A stretch of DNA of 64,000 nt from Acidobacteriota bacterium (GTDB taxonomy: Bacteria > Acidobacteriota > Thermoanaerobaculia > Gp7-AA8): the NCBI GenBank assembly GCA_019244185.1, contig JAFATB010000014.1:288001-352000 (forward strand), written 5' to 3'. A model generated the notes under the pieces. It saw nothing but the letters and a program-made list of their open reading frames with translations. It had not been told where the DNA came from and made no database searches. The translations under genes were made by a program, and so were the position numbers. Below are positions 29,157 through 38,224 of the stretch, piece by piece; the first letter of the stretch is position 1; each line of letters opens with the position of its first letter.

Positions 29157-30079
29157 GCAACCTCTCGTTCGATGCGCGACCAGCCGAGCGTCTGCGCGAG
29201 GCGGTCGAGATCCTCGCGAACGATGAGATACCGCAGCTGTCGCACGTCGCCGCGCGCGCGAACGGCGTCGGGCAGCGCGAACCAGAGCCGCGGCGCCACG
29301 AAGACGGGCGCGCCGTCGCGCGTGCGCGGAATCGCGTCCATCGCACGCACGATGCGGAAGACGACGTCGAAGCGCTCCGGCGGGAACAGCTGCGGCAGAT
29401 CCGCGGCGACGCTCGCGGCGCGCGAGCGGTCGGCTTCCGCGACGACGACCCGCCGCTTCCCGCGCCTGGGCGCCAGGTCGCGTGCGAGCCGCGGATCGGG
29501 CTGCACGGCGACGAAGTGCAAGCCGGCCACGCGATGCGGCCAGCGCTCGCGGACTTCGTTGTAGTGAAAGTACGTCGCCAGGATCGGCCCCGGCGGCGGC
29601 TCGCCCGGCGCATCCAGCGAGAACGGCCGCGCGTCGACGTTCCAGCGGCCGCGCAGTTGCTCCGCGTAGTCGGCCGCTTGTCCCGCGCTGCATTCGACGA
29701 CGTGAATGATCGGGACGAGAGCGCGCGGCGAGCGCGGAGCGCCCCACGCGGCGATCCGCGCCGCGAGCACCTCTTGCGAGAGGCCGTACTTCGCCTTCGC
29801 GGTGGCGATCGTGCGGGCGATGAAGGGTTCGTCCGCGGCAACCGGCGCCGTGAGGACGCGCGCGCCGCTGCCGTGCCGCAGCTCGATGAACTGCTGCCGC
29901 GCCAGCTCCTGATACGCGCGGCGGACGGTGTGGAGGTTCACGCGCCAGCTGGCCGCGGCCTCGCGCAGCGGCGGCAGCATCGCGCCTTCGCGCAACTGCC
30001 CCGTCGCGATCCGATACTTCACCGCCTCGGCGATCTGATGGTAAAGCGGGATCGGGTTGGCCGGATCCAGGTCATCCAT
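29153..30079 (-). CDS. GntR-family regulator (YtrA-like HTH with long C-terminal region)
   Basis: PIPLYHQI, LPPLRE, VNLHTVRRAYQEL, GSGARV. Confidence 0.9.
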   Translation of the reverse strand: MDDLDPANPIPLYHQIAEAVKYRIATGQLREGAMLPPLREAAASWRVNLHTVRRAYQELARQQFIELRHGSGARVLTAPVAADEPFIARTIATAKAKYGLSQEVLAARIAAWGAPRSPRALVPIIHVVECSAGQAADYAEQLRGRWNVDARPFSLDAPGEPPPGPILATYFHYNEVRERWPHRVAGLHFVAVQPDPRLARDLAPRRGKRRVVVAEADRSRAASVAADLPQLFPPERFDVVFRIVRAMDAIPRTRDGAPVFVAPRLWFALPDAVRARGDVRQLRYLIVREDLDRLAQTLGWSRIEREVA

Positions 30080-30101
30080 TGTTCTACAACAGTAGAACAA
30101 T
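30078..30101. promoter_or_regulatory. Palindromic operator, probably for the adjacent GntR regulator
   Basis: ATTGTTCTAC-AACA-GTAGAACAAT: perfect 10-bp AT-rich arms overlapping the start codon. Confidence 0.8.
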
Positions 30102-30154
30102 CGCACTCGCGCGGAAACCGCGTGGAGGAACGTTTCTGCGACAACCGCGCGCCG

Positions 30155-30676
30155 TTACTGCGGCTGCTGTTGCTGGACCGGGCGGTCGGGCGACGGCACG
30201 GGCGGGTTGCCGCGCACGACGGTGTCCTTCACCGAATAGCCGGCGCCCATCGAGCTCGGGATGCCGGTGGCGTCGTCGCCGCAGCTGAGCGCGATCTTGA
30301 GGACGTGGCGGGCGAAGGGCGACTGGCACTCCTCGGAGACATGCGCGCGGAAGATGCGCGGGCTGCGCGCGACCACGCGGCGGCCGTCGATGAGCACGAC
30401 GAAGTACTCGATGTCGTCGCCGGTCTCGAACTTCGGCAGCACGATGCGGGAGAGCGGGCCTTCGTTCACGCCTTCGACCGAGCACCAGTCGGTCGTGTTG
30501 ATGCGGCGGAAGTACGCGCGCAGCTCGCCCTTTTCAGCGACGCTCATCTGCAGCAGACCGAGCTCGCCCGCGCGAATGCACGTGGTGGGCGTGAAGTCGA
30601 TGGGCGACTTCTTCTGCGCGCTCGCCGCGAACGCCGCGAGCAATCCGATGCCGATGTAGAGCAGCCGTGTCTTCAT
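30155..30676 (-). CDS. Hypothetical secreted protein with several Cys
   Basis: Signal peptide MKTRLLYIGIGLLAAFAASA; TACAAT and GAGG upstream. Confidence 0.75.
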   Translation of the reverse strand: MKTRLLYIGIGLLAAFAASAQKKSPIDFTPTTCIRAGELGLLQMSVAEKGELRAYFRRINTTDWCSVEGVNEGPLSRIVLPKFETGDDIEYFVVLIDGRRVVARSPRIFRAHVSEECQSPFARHVLKIALSCGDDATGIPSSMGAGYSVKDTVVRGNPPVPSPDRPVQQQQPQ

Positions 30677-30716
30677 GTTTGCCTCGAGTAGTTTGCGTGA
30701 TTGTAGCGCTTCGCCT

Positions 30717-31508
30717 TCATGCACGCGAGCCGAGTAACGCCCGCATCCGCTTCAAAAATCCGCCGTTCCGCTCCATCGACGGCTCCGGCTCCCACGCCAG
30801 CGGCCGGTTCTCGATGACCGCGCCCGGATTGCGCCGCGTCACCGCGTCCGCCACGTCGTCCCCCGCCACCGCTCGCACGACCTCCAGTGCCTCGCGCATC
30901 TTCGGCGGACGCTTGGTCGTGTTGTGGGCATCCGTTGCCACGATGTGCACGAGTCCGCGGCGCAGCCATTTCTCCGCGGCCACGCGCGCCTCGGGACCGA
31001 ACGCGCCGGTGAAGCTGCCCGCGGTGATCTGCGTCTTCATGCCGAGGTCGATGAGAGACGCGAGGAGGTTCGACTTCGACTGGAAGACGATGTTCCGCTC
31101 CGGATGCGCGAGGATCGGGATCCAGCCGTCGAGCTGCATGCGATACAGCGGCTGATCGAGCAGCGGCGGCACGCTGTTGGACGCGAGCTCGATGAGGATG
31201 TAGCGGCTGCCCGCCAGCGGAACGATCGCCGTGCCCTCGCGCAGAACTTCGGCCACGTCGTGGCCGAAGAAGTACTCGGAACCGAGGAGGAGGCGAGGGG
31301 AGGCGCCGACCTTCTCGCGCAGCGTGGCGATGCGCGCCTCGAGCTCGTCGCGCCGCGCGCTGCGCCAGCGTCCGCGCAAGACGTGCGGCGTGGCCACGAT
31401 CGTGTCGATGCCCTCGTCCGCGGCCATGCGGCACATAGCCACCGCCTCGTCCCATTCGCGCGGCCCGTCGTCGACGTTGGGGAGGCAGTGATGATGGATG
31501 TCGATCAT
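30717..31508 (-). CDS. CpsB/CapC PHP-family tyrosine phosphatase
   Basis: MIDIHHHCLPNVDDG, ATPH, AHPER, ATDAH. Confidence 0.92.
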   Translation of the reverse strand: MIDIHHHCLPNVDDGPREWDEAVAMCRMAADEGIDTIVATPHVLRGRWRSARRDELEARIATLREKVGASPRLLLGSEYFFGHDVAEVLREGTAIVPLAGSRYILIELASNSVPPLLDQPLYRMQLDGWIPILAHPERNIVFQSKSNLLASLIDLGMKTQITAGSFTGAFGPEARVAAEKWLRRGLVHIVATDAHNTTKRPPKMREALEVVRAVAGDDVADAVTRRNPGAVIENRPLAWEPEPSMERNGGFLKRMRALLGSRA

Positions 31509-31523
31509 GCCCGGCACGCGCGA

Positions 31524-33737
31524 CTACCTCGCCTGCCGTTCGCGCGCGCCGCCGGTCTCTTCTTCCGAGTCGGCGTAATACGAGTAGTAGCTCTTGCGGT
31601 ACGTGTAGCCGTACTGATGGAGATCGAGGTTGTTGAGCAGCGCGCCGAGCACGGGGATGTTCGACTGCCGCAGCCGCTCGGCGGAGCGCTGCACGAGCTC
31701 GCGCGGCGTCTGGCCGCCATGCACGGTGAGCACGACGCCGTCCGCGCTCGCGGCGAGCACGATCGCGTCGGTCACGGCGAGCACCGGCGGCGAGTCGAAG
31801 ATCACGTACGCGAACTTGCTGCGCACGTCTTCGATGAGATGCTTCATGCGATCCGAGGCGAGGAGCTCGGAGGGATTCGGCGGAATCGGCCCGGAGAGCA
31901 CGATCGAGAGGTTCGGCACTTCCGTCGGCTGCACGATGTCCTCGAGCGGGATGCTCGCCGCGAGGTAGTTCACGAGACCGAGATTCAGCTTGCCGGGGAA
32001 GACTTTCTGCAGGCGCGGGCGGCGCAGGTCGGCGTCGACGAGCAGCACCGGCTTGCCCATCTGCGCGAGCACCGTGGCGAGGTTGACCGAGGTCGTGGTC
32101 TTGCCTTCGCGCGCGAACGACGAGGTGATGACGATGACTTTCGGCGAGCTCGCCGACGCGAGCAGCAGCGACGTGCGGAACGCGCGATAGGCCTCGGAGA
32201 CGGGCGAGCGCGTGTCGGTGTGCGGAATGAGCTCGACGCCCGCGGTCGGCGGTTGATCCGCCGGCGTCTCGACCGGACGCAGCTTCGCGGGACCGCGGCC
32301 GTACGTGTAGCCGTAGCCGCGCTGGTTGTTGATCGTGCCCGCGGCCGGAATGACGCCCAGCGAGGCGAAGCGCGTCATACGCTCGAGCTCTTCCGGCGTC
32401 TTGATCGAACGGTCCATGTACTCGAGGAAGAAGATCGCGGCGAGGCCGAGGATCACGCCGAGCGGAAACGCGCTCTGCAGGTTCTTCTTCATCGAGAGGT
32501 TGAAGCGCGCGCCGGGGAGCTGCGCGTGATCGACCCAGCGGATGTTCGACGAGGTCGTGCCGTGGATGCGGGCGAGCACCTGCGTTTCGCTGAGCTGCTT
32601 CTCGAGCGCGCTGAGGAGCGCCTGCTTCGTCTCGACCTGCATGCGCAGATCGACCCAGTGCGCGGCGTCGACGTTCTGCTTTTCCGCTTCGTGCTGCTGC
32701 TCCGCGTACGCGTTGCGCACCGAGGCCTCGCGCGCCTGCGCGGCGGAGTAGACGGCGCGCGCGGACTCGACCGCCTTCTCGTACGCCTGACGGACCGCGG
32801 TCGCGCGCGCGGCGCGCGTCTTCTCGATCTGGTCGCGCAGCGCGACCATGATCGGGTGCGCCTCGAGGTACGAGGTGCGTTTCTCGCTGTACTCGCGCTC
32901 CTGGCGGGAGAGCTCGTCGGTGAGGCGGCTGACCAGCGGATCTCCGGTGGCCAGCGCTTCCGGCGCCGTGCGCGTCGTCGACTCGAGCGCGGCCTGCTTC
33001 TCGAAGCGGAGGTTCTGCGCGTCGATGACGTCGGCGTTGAGCTGCGTGAGCTTCTGCACCATGACGTTCGAGCCGTCGCTGCCGACCGGCACGATGCCTT
33101 TGTTCTCGCCGTACGCCTGCAGTTCCTGCCGCTTGCGGTCGAGGTCCGTCTTCACGGTCGAGATCTGCCGCGTGAGGAACTCGCTGGCCTGCTGGACGCT
33201 CTCCAGTTTCTGCTCGACATTCAGCTGCTTGAACGACTCACCCCACCCTTCGGCGATCTTCTGCGCGAGGCGCGGCGAGGTGCCTACGTACGAGATCTCG
33301 ACGAGCGAGGTCGCGCGCACCGGATCGACGGAGATCCCGCCGAGCAGGCCGCCGGCCATGCTCTCGGTGATGCGGTGGATCTCGGCGGGCGTGCGGCCGG
33401 CGATGCCGGGCGGATAAAACTCCGGATCGCTCAGCAGGTTGTGATCGGCGATCACGCGCTCGGCGAGGCCGCGCGTGCGCAGCAGGACGTACTGGGTCTG
33501 CAGGAACTCCTGATCCGACGACGGGATGCCGAACAGATCGTCGATGGTCATGCTCTGGTTCTCGCGCTCGATCTGCAGCTGGATCGTCGAGCGGTAGAGC
33601 GGCTGCGAGAAGTAGCTGGCCAGGAAGGTGCCGAGCATCACCACGACGAGGATCGCCGTCGCGACGCTCCAGCGCTTCCGGATGATGTTCCAGTAATGGG
33701 AGAGGTGGACTTCCTGCGTGCTGGTGTTCAGGTCCAT
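31524..33737 (-). CDS. wzc: Wzc-like polysaccharide co-polymerase / BY tyrosine autokinase
   Basis: Two TMs; EAYRAFRT, EGKTT, DADLRRP, FDSPP, Tyr-rich tail YGYTYRKSYYSYY. Confidence 0.93.
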   Translation of the reverse strand: MDLNTSTQEVHLSHYWNIIRKRWSVATAILVVVMLGTFLASYFSQPLYRSTIQLQIERENQSMTIDDLFGIPSSDQEFLQTQYVLLRTRGLAERVIADHNLLSDPEFYPPGIAGRTPAEIHRITESMAGGLLGGISVDPVRATSLVEISYVGTSPRLAQKIAEGWGESFKQLNVEQKLESVQQASEFLTRQISTVKTDLDRKRQELQAYGENKGIVPVGSDGSNVMVQKLTQLNADVIDAQNLRFEKQAALESTTRTAPEALATGDPLVSRLTDELSRQEREYSEKRTSYLEAHPIMVALRDQIEKTRAARATAVRQAYEKAVESARAVYSAAQAREASVRNAYAEQQHEAEKQNVDAAHWVDLRMQVETKQALLSALEKQLSETQVLARIHGTTSSNIRWVDHAQLPGARFNLSMKKNLQSAFPLGVILGLAAIFFLEYMDRSIKTPEELERMTRFASLGVIPAAGTINNQRGYGYTYGRGPAKLRPVETPADQPPTAGVELIPHTDTRSPVSEAYRAFRTSLLLASASSPKVIVITSSFAREGKTTTSVNLATVLAQMGKPVLLVDADLRRPRLQKVFPGKLNLGLVNYLAASIPLEDIVQPTEVPNLSIVLSGPIPPNPSELLASDRMKHLIEDVRSKFAYVIFDSPPVLAVTDAIVLAASADGVVLTVHGGQTPRELVQRSAERLRQSNIPVLGALLNNLDLHQYGYTYRKSYYSYYADSEEETGGARERQAR

Positions 33738-33755
33738 GGTCGCCCCGTCGCTCTA

Positions 33756-34592
33756 TCAGAATAGAGCTTCGTCGACGACGACGGTATCGTTATCGAGGAG
33801 AACGACGTCGCGCACCCGGCCGCGGACGATGTTCTTGTAGTCGGCGCGGAGGGTCGTTTCCTTCCCGTTCACCATGCGCTTGATGATGATCTTGCGCGAG
33901 GCGCGGTCGGTGAGACCGCCGGCGTCGGCGATGGCCTGGAGGAGCGTCGGCGTCTGCGAGCGGCGGAACTGCGCCTTGCCCGGACGCATGACTTCGCCCG
34001 TGACGTAGACGGTGACCGGCGTGTCGAGCGGCACGTTCACGAGGTCATTGGGCGCGAGCGGGATGTTGAGGTCGGCGTTGCCGTTGACCATCAGGTCTTC
34101 GATGTCGATCGCGACCTGCTCGCTGAGACCGTTGCGTCCCGTGCGCAGCACGTAGAGCTCGCGGCCGTAGCCGGGAGTGAGTCCGCCCGCCTGCGTGATG
34201 GCCTGGATGAGCGTGGTGTTGCCGGTGGCGCCGATGCGTCCCGGACGCACGACAGCGCCGACGACGGAAATCGGTTTGCTCGCGAACTCGACGACCTGCA
34301 CCGAGACGGTCGCCTTCGTGATGAAGCTCGTCTCGAGCAGCGTCTTGAGGCGCGCCTCGATCTGCGAGGCGGTGAGACCGGCGACCTGCACTTTGCCGAC
34401 GACGTTGAGCGCGACCGAGCCGTCGTCGTTGATCACCGTGCGGCCGCTCATGGTCGGGTCTTCGAGCACCTTGATGTCGAGCGTATCGCGCGGACCGACG
34501 GGGGAGTCGTTCGAAAGGATCGGGAGCTCCTGCGCCGACGCGAACGTCGCCAGGACCACGATCAGGCTGAGGAACCATCCACGAAGCTTCAT
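33756..34592 (-). CDS. Polysaccharide export protein (Wza family, SLBB domains)
   Basis: VGPRDTL, VAGLT, VVGAVVRPG, AGGL twice. Confidence 0.9.
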   Translation of the reverse strand: MKLRGWFLSLIVVLATFASAQELPILSNDSPVGPRDTLDIKVLEDPTMSGRTVINDDGSVALNVVGKVQVAGLTASQIEARLKTLLETSFITKATVSVQVVEFASKPISVVGAVVRPGRIGATGNTTLIQAITQAGGLTPGYGRELYVLRTGRNGLSEQVAIDIEDLMVNGNADLNIPLAPNDLVNVPLDTPVTVYVTGEVMRPGKAQFRRSQTPTLLQAIADAGGLTDRASRKIIIKRMVNGKETTLRADYKNIVRGRVRDVVLLDNDTVVVDEALF

Positions 34593-34795
34593 CGGCGTCT
34601 CTCGCAAACTCGTCCGCTGACCGCCGCCGGGCGCATCCTGCGCGCCGGCAGCGGGAAGAACGGACTCACACTTCCCGACCAGGACCGATTTCAGTCCTGC
34701 ACACGCTACCGTCCTCTTGTCACCGCCACGATGACAAAACCGTCAGTCGTGCGTGAAAACCACAGAGGGGCCTTTTTTATTTTGGACCTTGGACC

Positions 34796-36040
34796 TTACG
34801 GGGTAAACGACAAGTGCAGGACATAGCGTATTCCGGAGTCTTCGTCTCCGAACGCCGTGGTCGTGCGCTCGTAGTAGCCGACATCGATGCCGGCGCGAAT
34901 GCGACGCAGGGTGTAGAGGAAACCGACGCTGTTGAAGGTGACGGTGTCGCGGCGCAGGCGCCCGAGGACCGGCGTGTCGAACCGGTCGTGCTCGTAGGCG
35001 CTGTTGGCGCGCAGCGAGAGACGGCGCGAGGCGATGTAGTCCACGCCCACCTGCGCGGTGTCGGCGACGAAGTAGTTGTTGTCGACGAAGATCGCGAAGC
35101 CGAGGTCGCGGTTGGCGTTGAGCGAGTACGTCCAGCGCCCGTTGCCGCGCGTCGCGGCGAACGCGCCCTGAATGCCCTGATAGTCGCGCTGCGTCGGATC
35201 GTCGAAGCGCAGCCGCGCCGGCCCCGCCTCGAGACGCATCGACGTGCGGCCGCGGTCGTAGAGCAGTCCGGCGCTGGTGTAGAGGCGCTGGCTGTTCTTG
35301 TACGTCGCGCGGCTGAAGTCGTACTCGCTCCCTTCCGCCGCGAGGAAGAACGACGTCAGCGGAAAGGTCTTGTGCACGAGCGAGACGCGCGCGTTCTTCT
35401 CGGTCCGGTTGAGCAGCGAGACGTCGCGCGCGGGATCGGCCGGCTGCAGGCGGTTCGGCGGGTACTTGTCGTCGATGTAGCGCACCGTGAAGATGCCGCT
35501 CGTCCGGCTCGAGTACTTCGCCTCGCCCGACAGTCCGGTCTCGCGCGATTTCAGCGTCGCCAGCGTGTTGACGTCGGCCACGTGCGCGCGCAGCTGATCC
35601 GACTGCGCGGTGTACAGATCGAGATACAGATGGTTGAGCAAAAAGTGCGCGTCGCCGCGCGCCGCGTAGTTGAACTGCCCGCGTTTGTCGCCGCTCGAGA
35701 GGAAGCTGTATCCGGGGATCACCTCCGCGGAGAGGACGATCTTCCGCTGCGGGACGAAGTACAGCCGGTTCGGCGCCTCGACCGTGAGCGACACGCCGCC
35801 CGTGCTGTCGCTGGTCGGGACGTAGTAGTCCTCGCTGTATCCCGCGTCGCCGATGCGCAGGCGCGAGAAGAGGTAGAACGGACCGCTGTGAAAGTTCGCC
35901 TGCTGCAGATCGGAGGCGACTTTCTTCGCGCCCGCGAGATCGGGGTCGCGATCACGCATGCGTTGCGCGTCCTGTGCAAACGCAAGGATCGGTACTGCGA
36001 TGATGATGAAGAAGGTTCGGACCAGATGGCGAAGGCTCAC
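34796..36040 (-). CDS. Outer-membrane beta-barrel protein associated with EPS export
   Basis: Signal-like segment; alternating aromatic beta-strands; ends LHLSFTP; start uncertain. Confidence 0.7.
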   Translation of the reverse strand: MSLRHLVRTFFIIIAVPILAFAQDAQRMRDRDPDLAGAKKVASDLQQANFHSGPFYLFSRLRIGDAGYSEDYYVPTSDSTGGVSLTVEAPNRLYFVPQRKIVLSAEVIPGYSFLSSGDKRGQFNYAARGDAHFLLNHLYLDLYTAQSDQLRAHVADVNTLATLKSRETGLSGEAKYSSRTSGIFTVRYIDDKYPPNRLQPADPARDVSLLNRTEKNARVSLVHKTFPLTSFFLAAEGSEYDFSRATYKNSQRLYTSAGLLYDRGRTSMRLEAGPARLRFDDPTQRDYQGIQGAFAATRGNGRWTYSLNANRDLGFAIFVDNNYFVADTAQVGVDYIASRRLSLRANSAYEHDRFDTPVLGRLRRDTVTFNSVGFLYTLRRIRAGIDVGYYERTTTAFGDEDSGIRYVLHLSFTP

Positions 36041-36125
36041 TCCCACACGGCTCCTTCCGCCTAAGCGCTGAATTCGCGCGAGTTTAGCACGGAGATCCGG
36101 TGCAGCCGCTACAATGCGGCAACCG

Positions 36126-37592
36126 ATGCCAACGAGCGTGCGCTGGATTCCGATTGCGGAACGCGGGTGCCTCGTGGTGTTCTTCGCCTGGCTGGCGGCG
36201 CTGCCGCTGCCGTTCGGCTCCGTCGTCGAAGGCGCGCGCCTGCCGCTCATCGCCGTGCCGCTCGCGCTCTGCACGATCGCCGCGCTGCTCCGCTACTACG
36301 CGACGCGCGACCGCACGAACACCGCGCAGCCGACGCGCGCGTGGCTCATCTGGGCCCTCGGCGGATTTCTCTTCGTGCTCGTGGGCGCCGCGCAGCTCGT
36401 GCCGCTGCCGTCGTCCGTGCTGCGCATCGTCTCGCCGGAATCCGACGTGATCTGGGCGCGCGCTTCCGCCGTCGCCGCGCTGGCCGGCGTCCGCGGCGGC
36501 ACCGCGCATCCCGTGACGATCGATCCCGCCGCGACGAAGCTCGAGGTGCTGCGCATGATGGCGCTCCTCGGGACGTTTCTCTTCTGCGCGCTGCAGATGC
36601 GCCATCACGTGCGGCGCATGCTGCTCGCCGCGGTGCTCTGCCTCGCCGCGCTGTTCGAGACGCTGTACGGCGTGCGCGAGGCGGTGATGCAGCGCTACGC
36701 GATCTGGGGTTGGGTGAACCGGCTGATCTTCAACCGCGTCACCGGCACGTTCGTGAACCCGAACCACTTCGCCCACTACATCGCCATCGTGCTGCCGATG
36801 GCGGTGTTCCTCATCGCGCTGGCGTGGCACGACGCGGGACCGCCGCGGGTGAAGGTCGTGCGTCGGCTCGCCGCGCTCGTCGAGCACCAGCTGTTCTTCG
36901 TCGGCTTCGCGGTGCTCTCGATCATCGCCTGCCTTTCCGCGATGCTGCTCGCGTCCTCACGCGGCGCGCTGCTCGCGCTGGCCGCCGGCTTTCTCGGCTG
37001 CGGCGCGCTCCTGCCCGGACGCCGCGTGCTGCGCGTGACGCTCGCCGCCGCGGCAGGCGCCGTCGTGCTCACGGCGCTCATCTTTTTCCTCGGCATCGGA
37101 CGGACGGTCGGACGCTTCACGCCGAGCGCGGGCGAGCGCGAGACGTTCGGGGGACGCCGCGTCGGCATCACCGCCGCCGCGCGCGTCTGGGAGCGTTTCT
37201 CCCTCCTCGGCAGCGGCCTCGGCACCTTCAGCCGCGTCGTGTCGATGGAACAGCGCGAAGACCTCGACCGCCTCTACAACCATGCGCACAACGACTACAT
37301 GGAGTTCGCCGCCACGAGCGGCACGCTCGGCATCGTCATCGCTCTGGTCACGCTTCTCGGCGGCACCATCACGCTCGTGCGCATGACGTTTGGCGCCGCG
37401 TCGAAGGAGCTCTCCTGGCGCCGGCGCGCGTATCAGGCCGCCGCGCTGACGAGCATCTTCATCGCCATGGTCCACGCCCTCGTCGACTTCAACTTCTTCA
37501 TCCCCGCGAACCCCGCGACGCTCGCCGCCATCGCCGGCGCGGCGGTGGCGACGGTCGATCACGATTTGCGCGCGCGTCGCGCGTCGGTGTGA
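36126..37592 (+). CDS. O-antigen ligase (Wzy_C) family membrane protein
   Basis: GTFVNPNHFA, SSRG, GSGLGTF, HAHNDY, HALVDF; start 36114 or 36126. Confidence 0.9.
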   Translation: MPTSVRWIPIAERGCLVVFFAWLAALPLPFGSVVEGARLPLIAVPLALCTIAALLRYYATRDRTNTAQPTRAWLIWALGGFLFVLVGAAQLVPLPSSVLRIVSPESDVIWARASAVAALAGVRGGTAHPVTIDPAATKLEVLRMMALLGTFLFCALQMRHHVRRMLLAAVLCLAALFETLYGVREAVMQRYAIWGWVNRLIFNRVTGTFVNPNHFAHYIAIVLPMAVFLIALAWHDAGPPRVKVVRRLAALVEHQLFFVGFAVLSIIACLSAMLLASSRGALLALAAGFLGCGALLPGRRVLRVTLAAAAGAVVLTALIFFLGIGRTVGRFTPSAGERETFGGRRVGITAAARVWERFSLLGSGLGTFSRVVSMEQREDLDRLYNHAHNDYMEFAATSGTLGIVIALVTLLGGTITLVRMTFGAASKELSWRRRAYQAAALTSIFIAMVHALVDFNFFIPANPATLAAIAGAAVATVDHDLRARRASV

Positions 37593-37607
37593 GCGGTCGA
37601 AGGCGCG

Positions 37608-38201
37608 TCACTCCGCCGCGGGCTCGTTCTTCTTCCGCCCACGGAACTGCTGCGTCGCCTGATAGGCGCGTCGCATGCGCTCGTAGTACGGCCGCATGTA
37701 GGCGTCCTCGGGCCGGCTGCGTCTGAAATAGATGCCGAGGATCCGGTAAATCTGCAGGATGGCCGTACCGAGGCGGTGCTTCCGTTTCAGGTTCGCCGCC
37801 TCGATTCCGTCGAGGATGGCCCGTAGTTCGACGATCACTTCTTCCCACCGGCGGATCTCTTCCTGCTCCTGACGCAACTCCTCACCGCTCCGCTTCGCGA
37901 TGAGCTGCGTGTCGCGCCAGACCTCCGCCGCGTGCAGCCCGCTTTCGATGAACTCCGCATCGAGGTTCGCCGCGCGTGCGCGCGATCGCTTTTCCCGTAC
38001 CGACAATTGCGTGAACCCCGGGATGCGCTGCTGCAGCTGCCGCAATCCCTCGACGAGCATCTCCGGCTCGGCCACCGCAGGCGGAGCCGCCTGCACCGGC
38101 GCCAGGAGCTCCGTCGCCACGGCAACGGGTGCCGGTGCCGTTTCGGCTGCTTCGACTGTGACCGCAGGAGGCGCGGAATCGTGCGGATCATCGGCAGACA
38201 T
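37608..38201 (-). CDS. Hypothetical all-helical protein (197 aa) with basic C-terminus
   Basis: ATG at 38201, 6 nt after CATAAT; Ala/Pro-rich N-terminus then LRQLQQRIPGFTQLS...ANLKRKHRLG...RGRKK. Confidence 0.8.
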   Translation of the reverse strand: MSADDPHDSAPPAVTVEAAETAPAPVAVATELLAPVQAAPPAVAEPEMLVEGLRQLQQRIPGFTQLSVREKRSRARAANLDAEFIESGLHAAEVWRDTQLIAKRSGEELRQEQEEIRRWEEVIVELRAILDGIEAANLKRKHRLGTAILQIYRILGIYFRRSRPEDAYMRPYYERMRRAYQATQQFRGRKKNEPAAE

Positions 38202-38224
38202 GACTTGATTATGCAGAAACGAAC

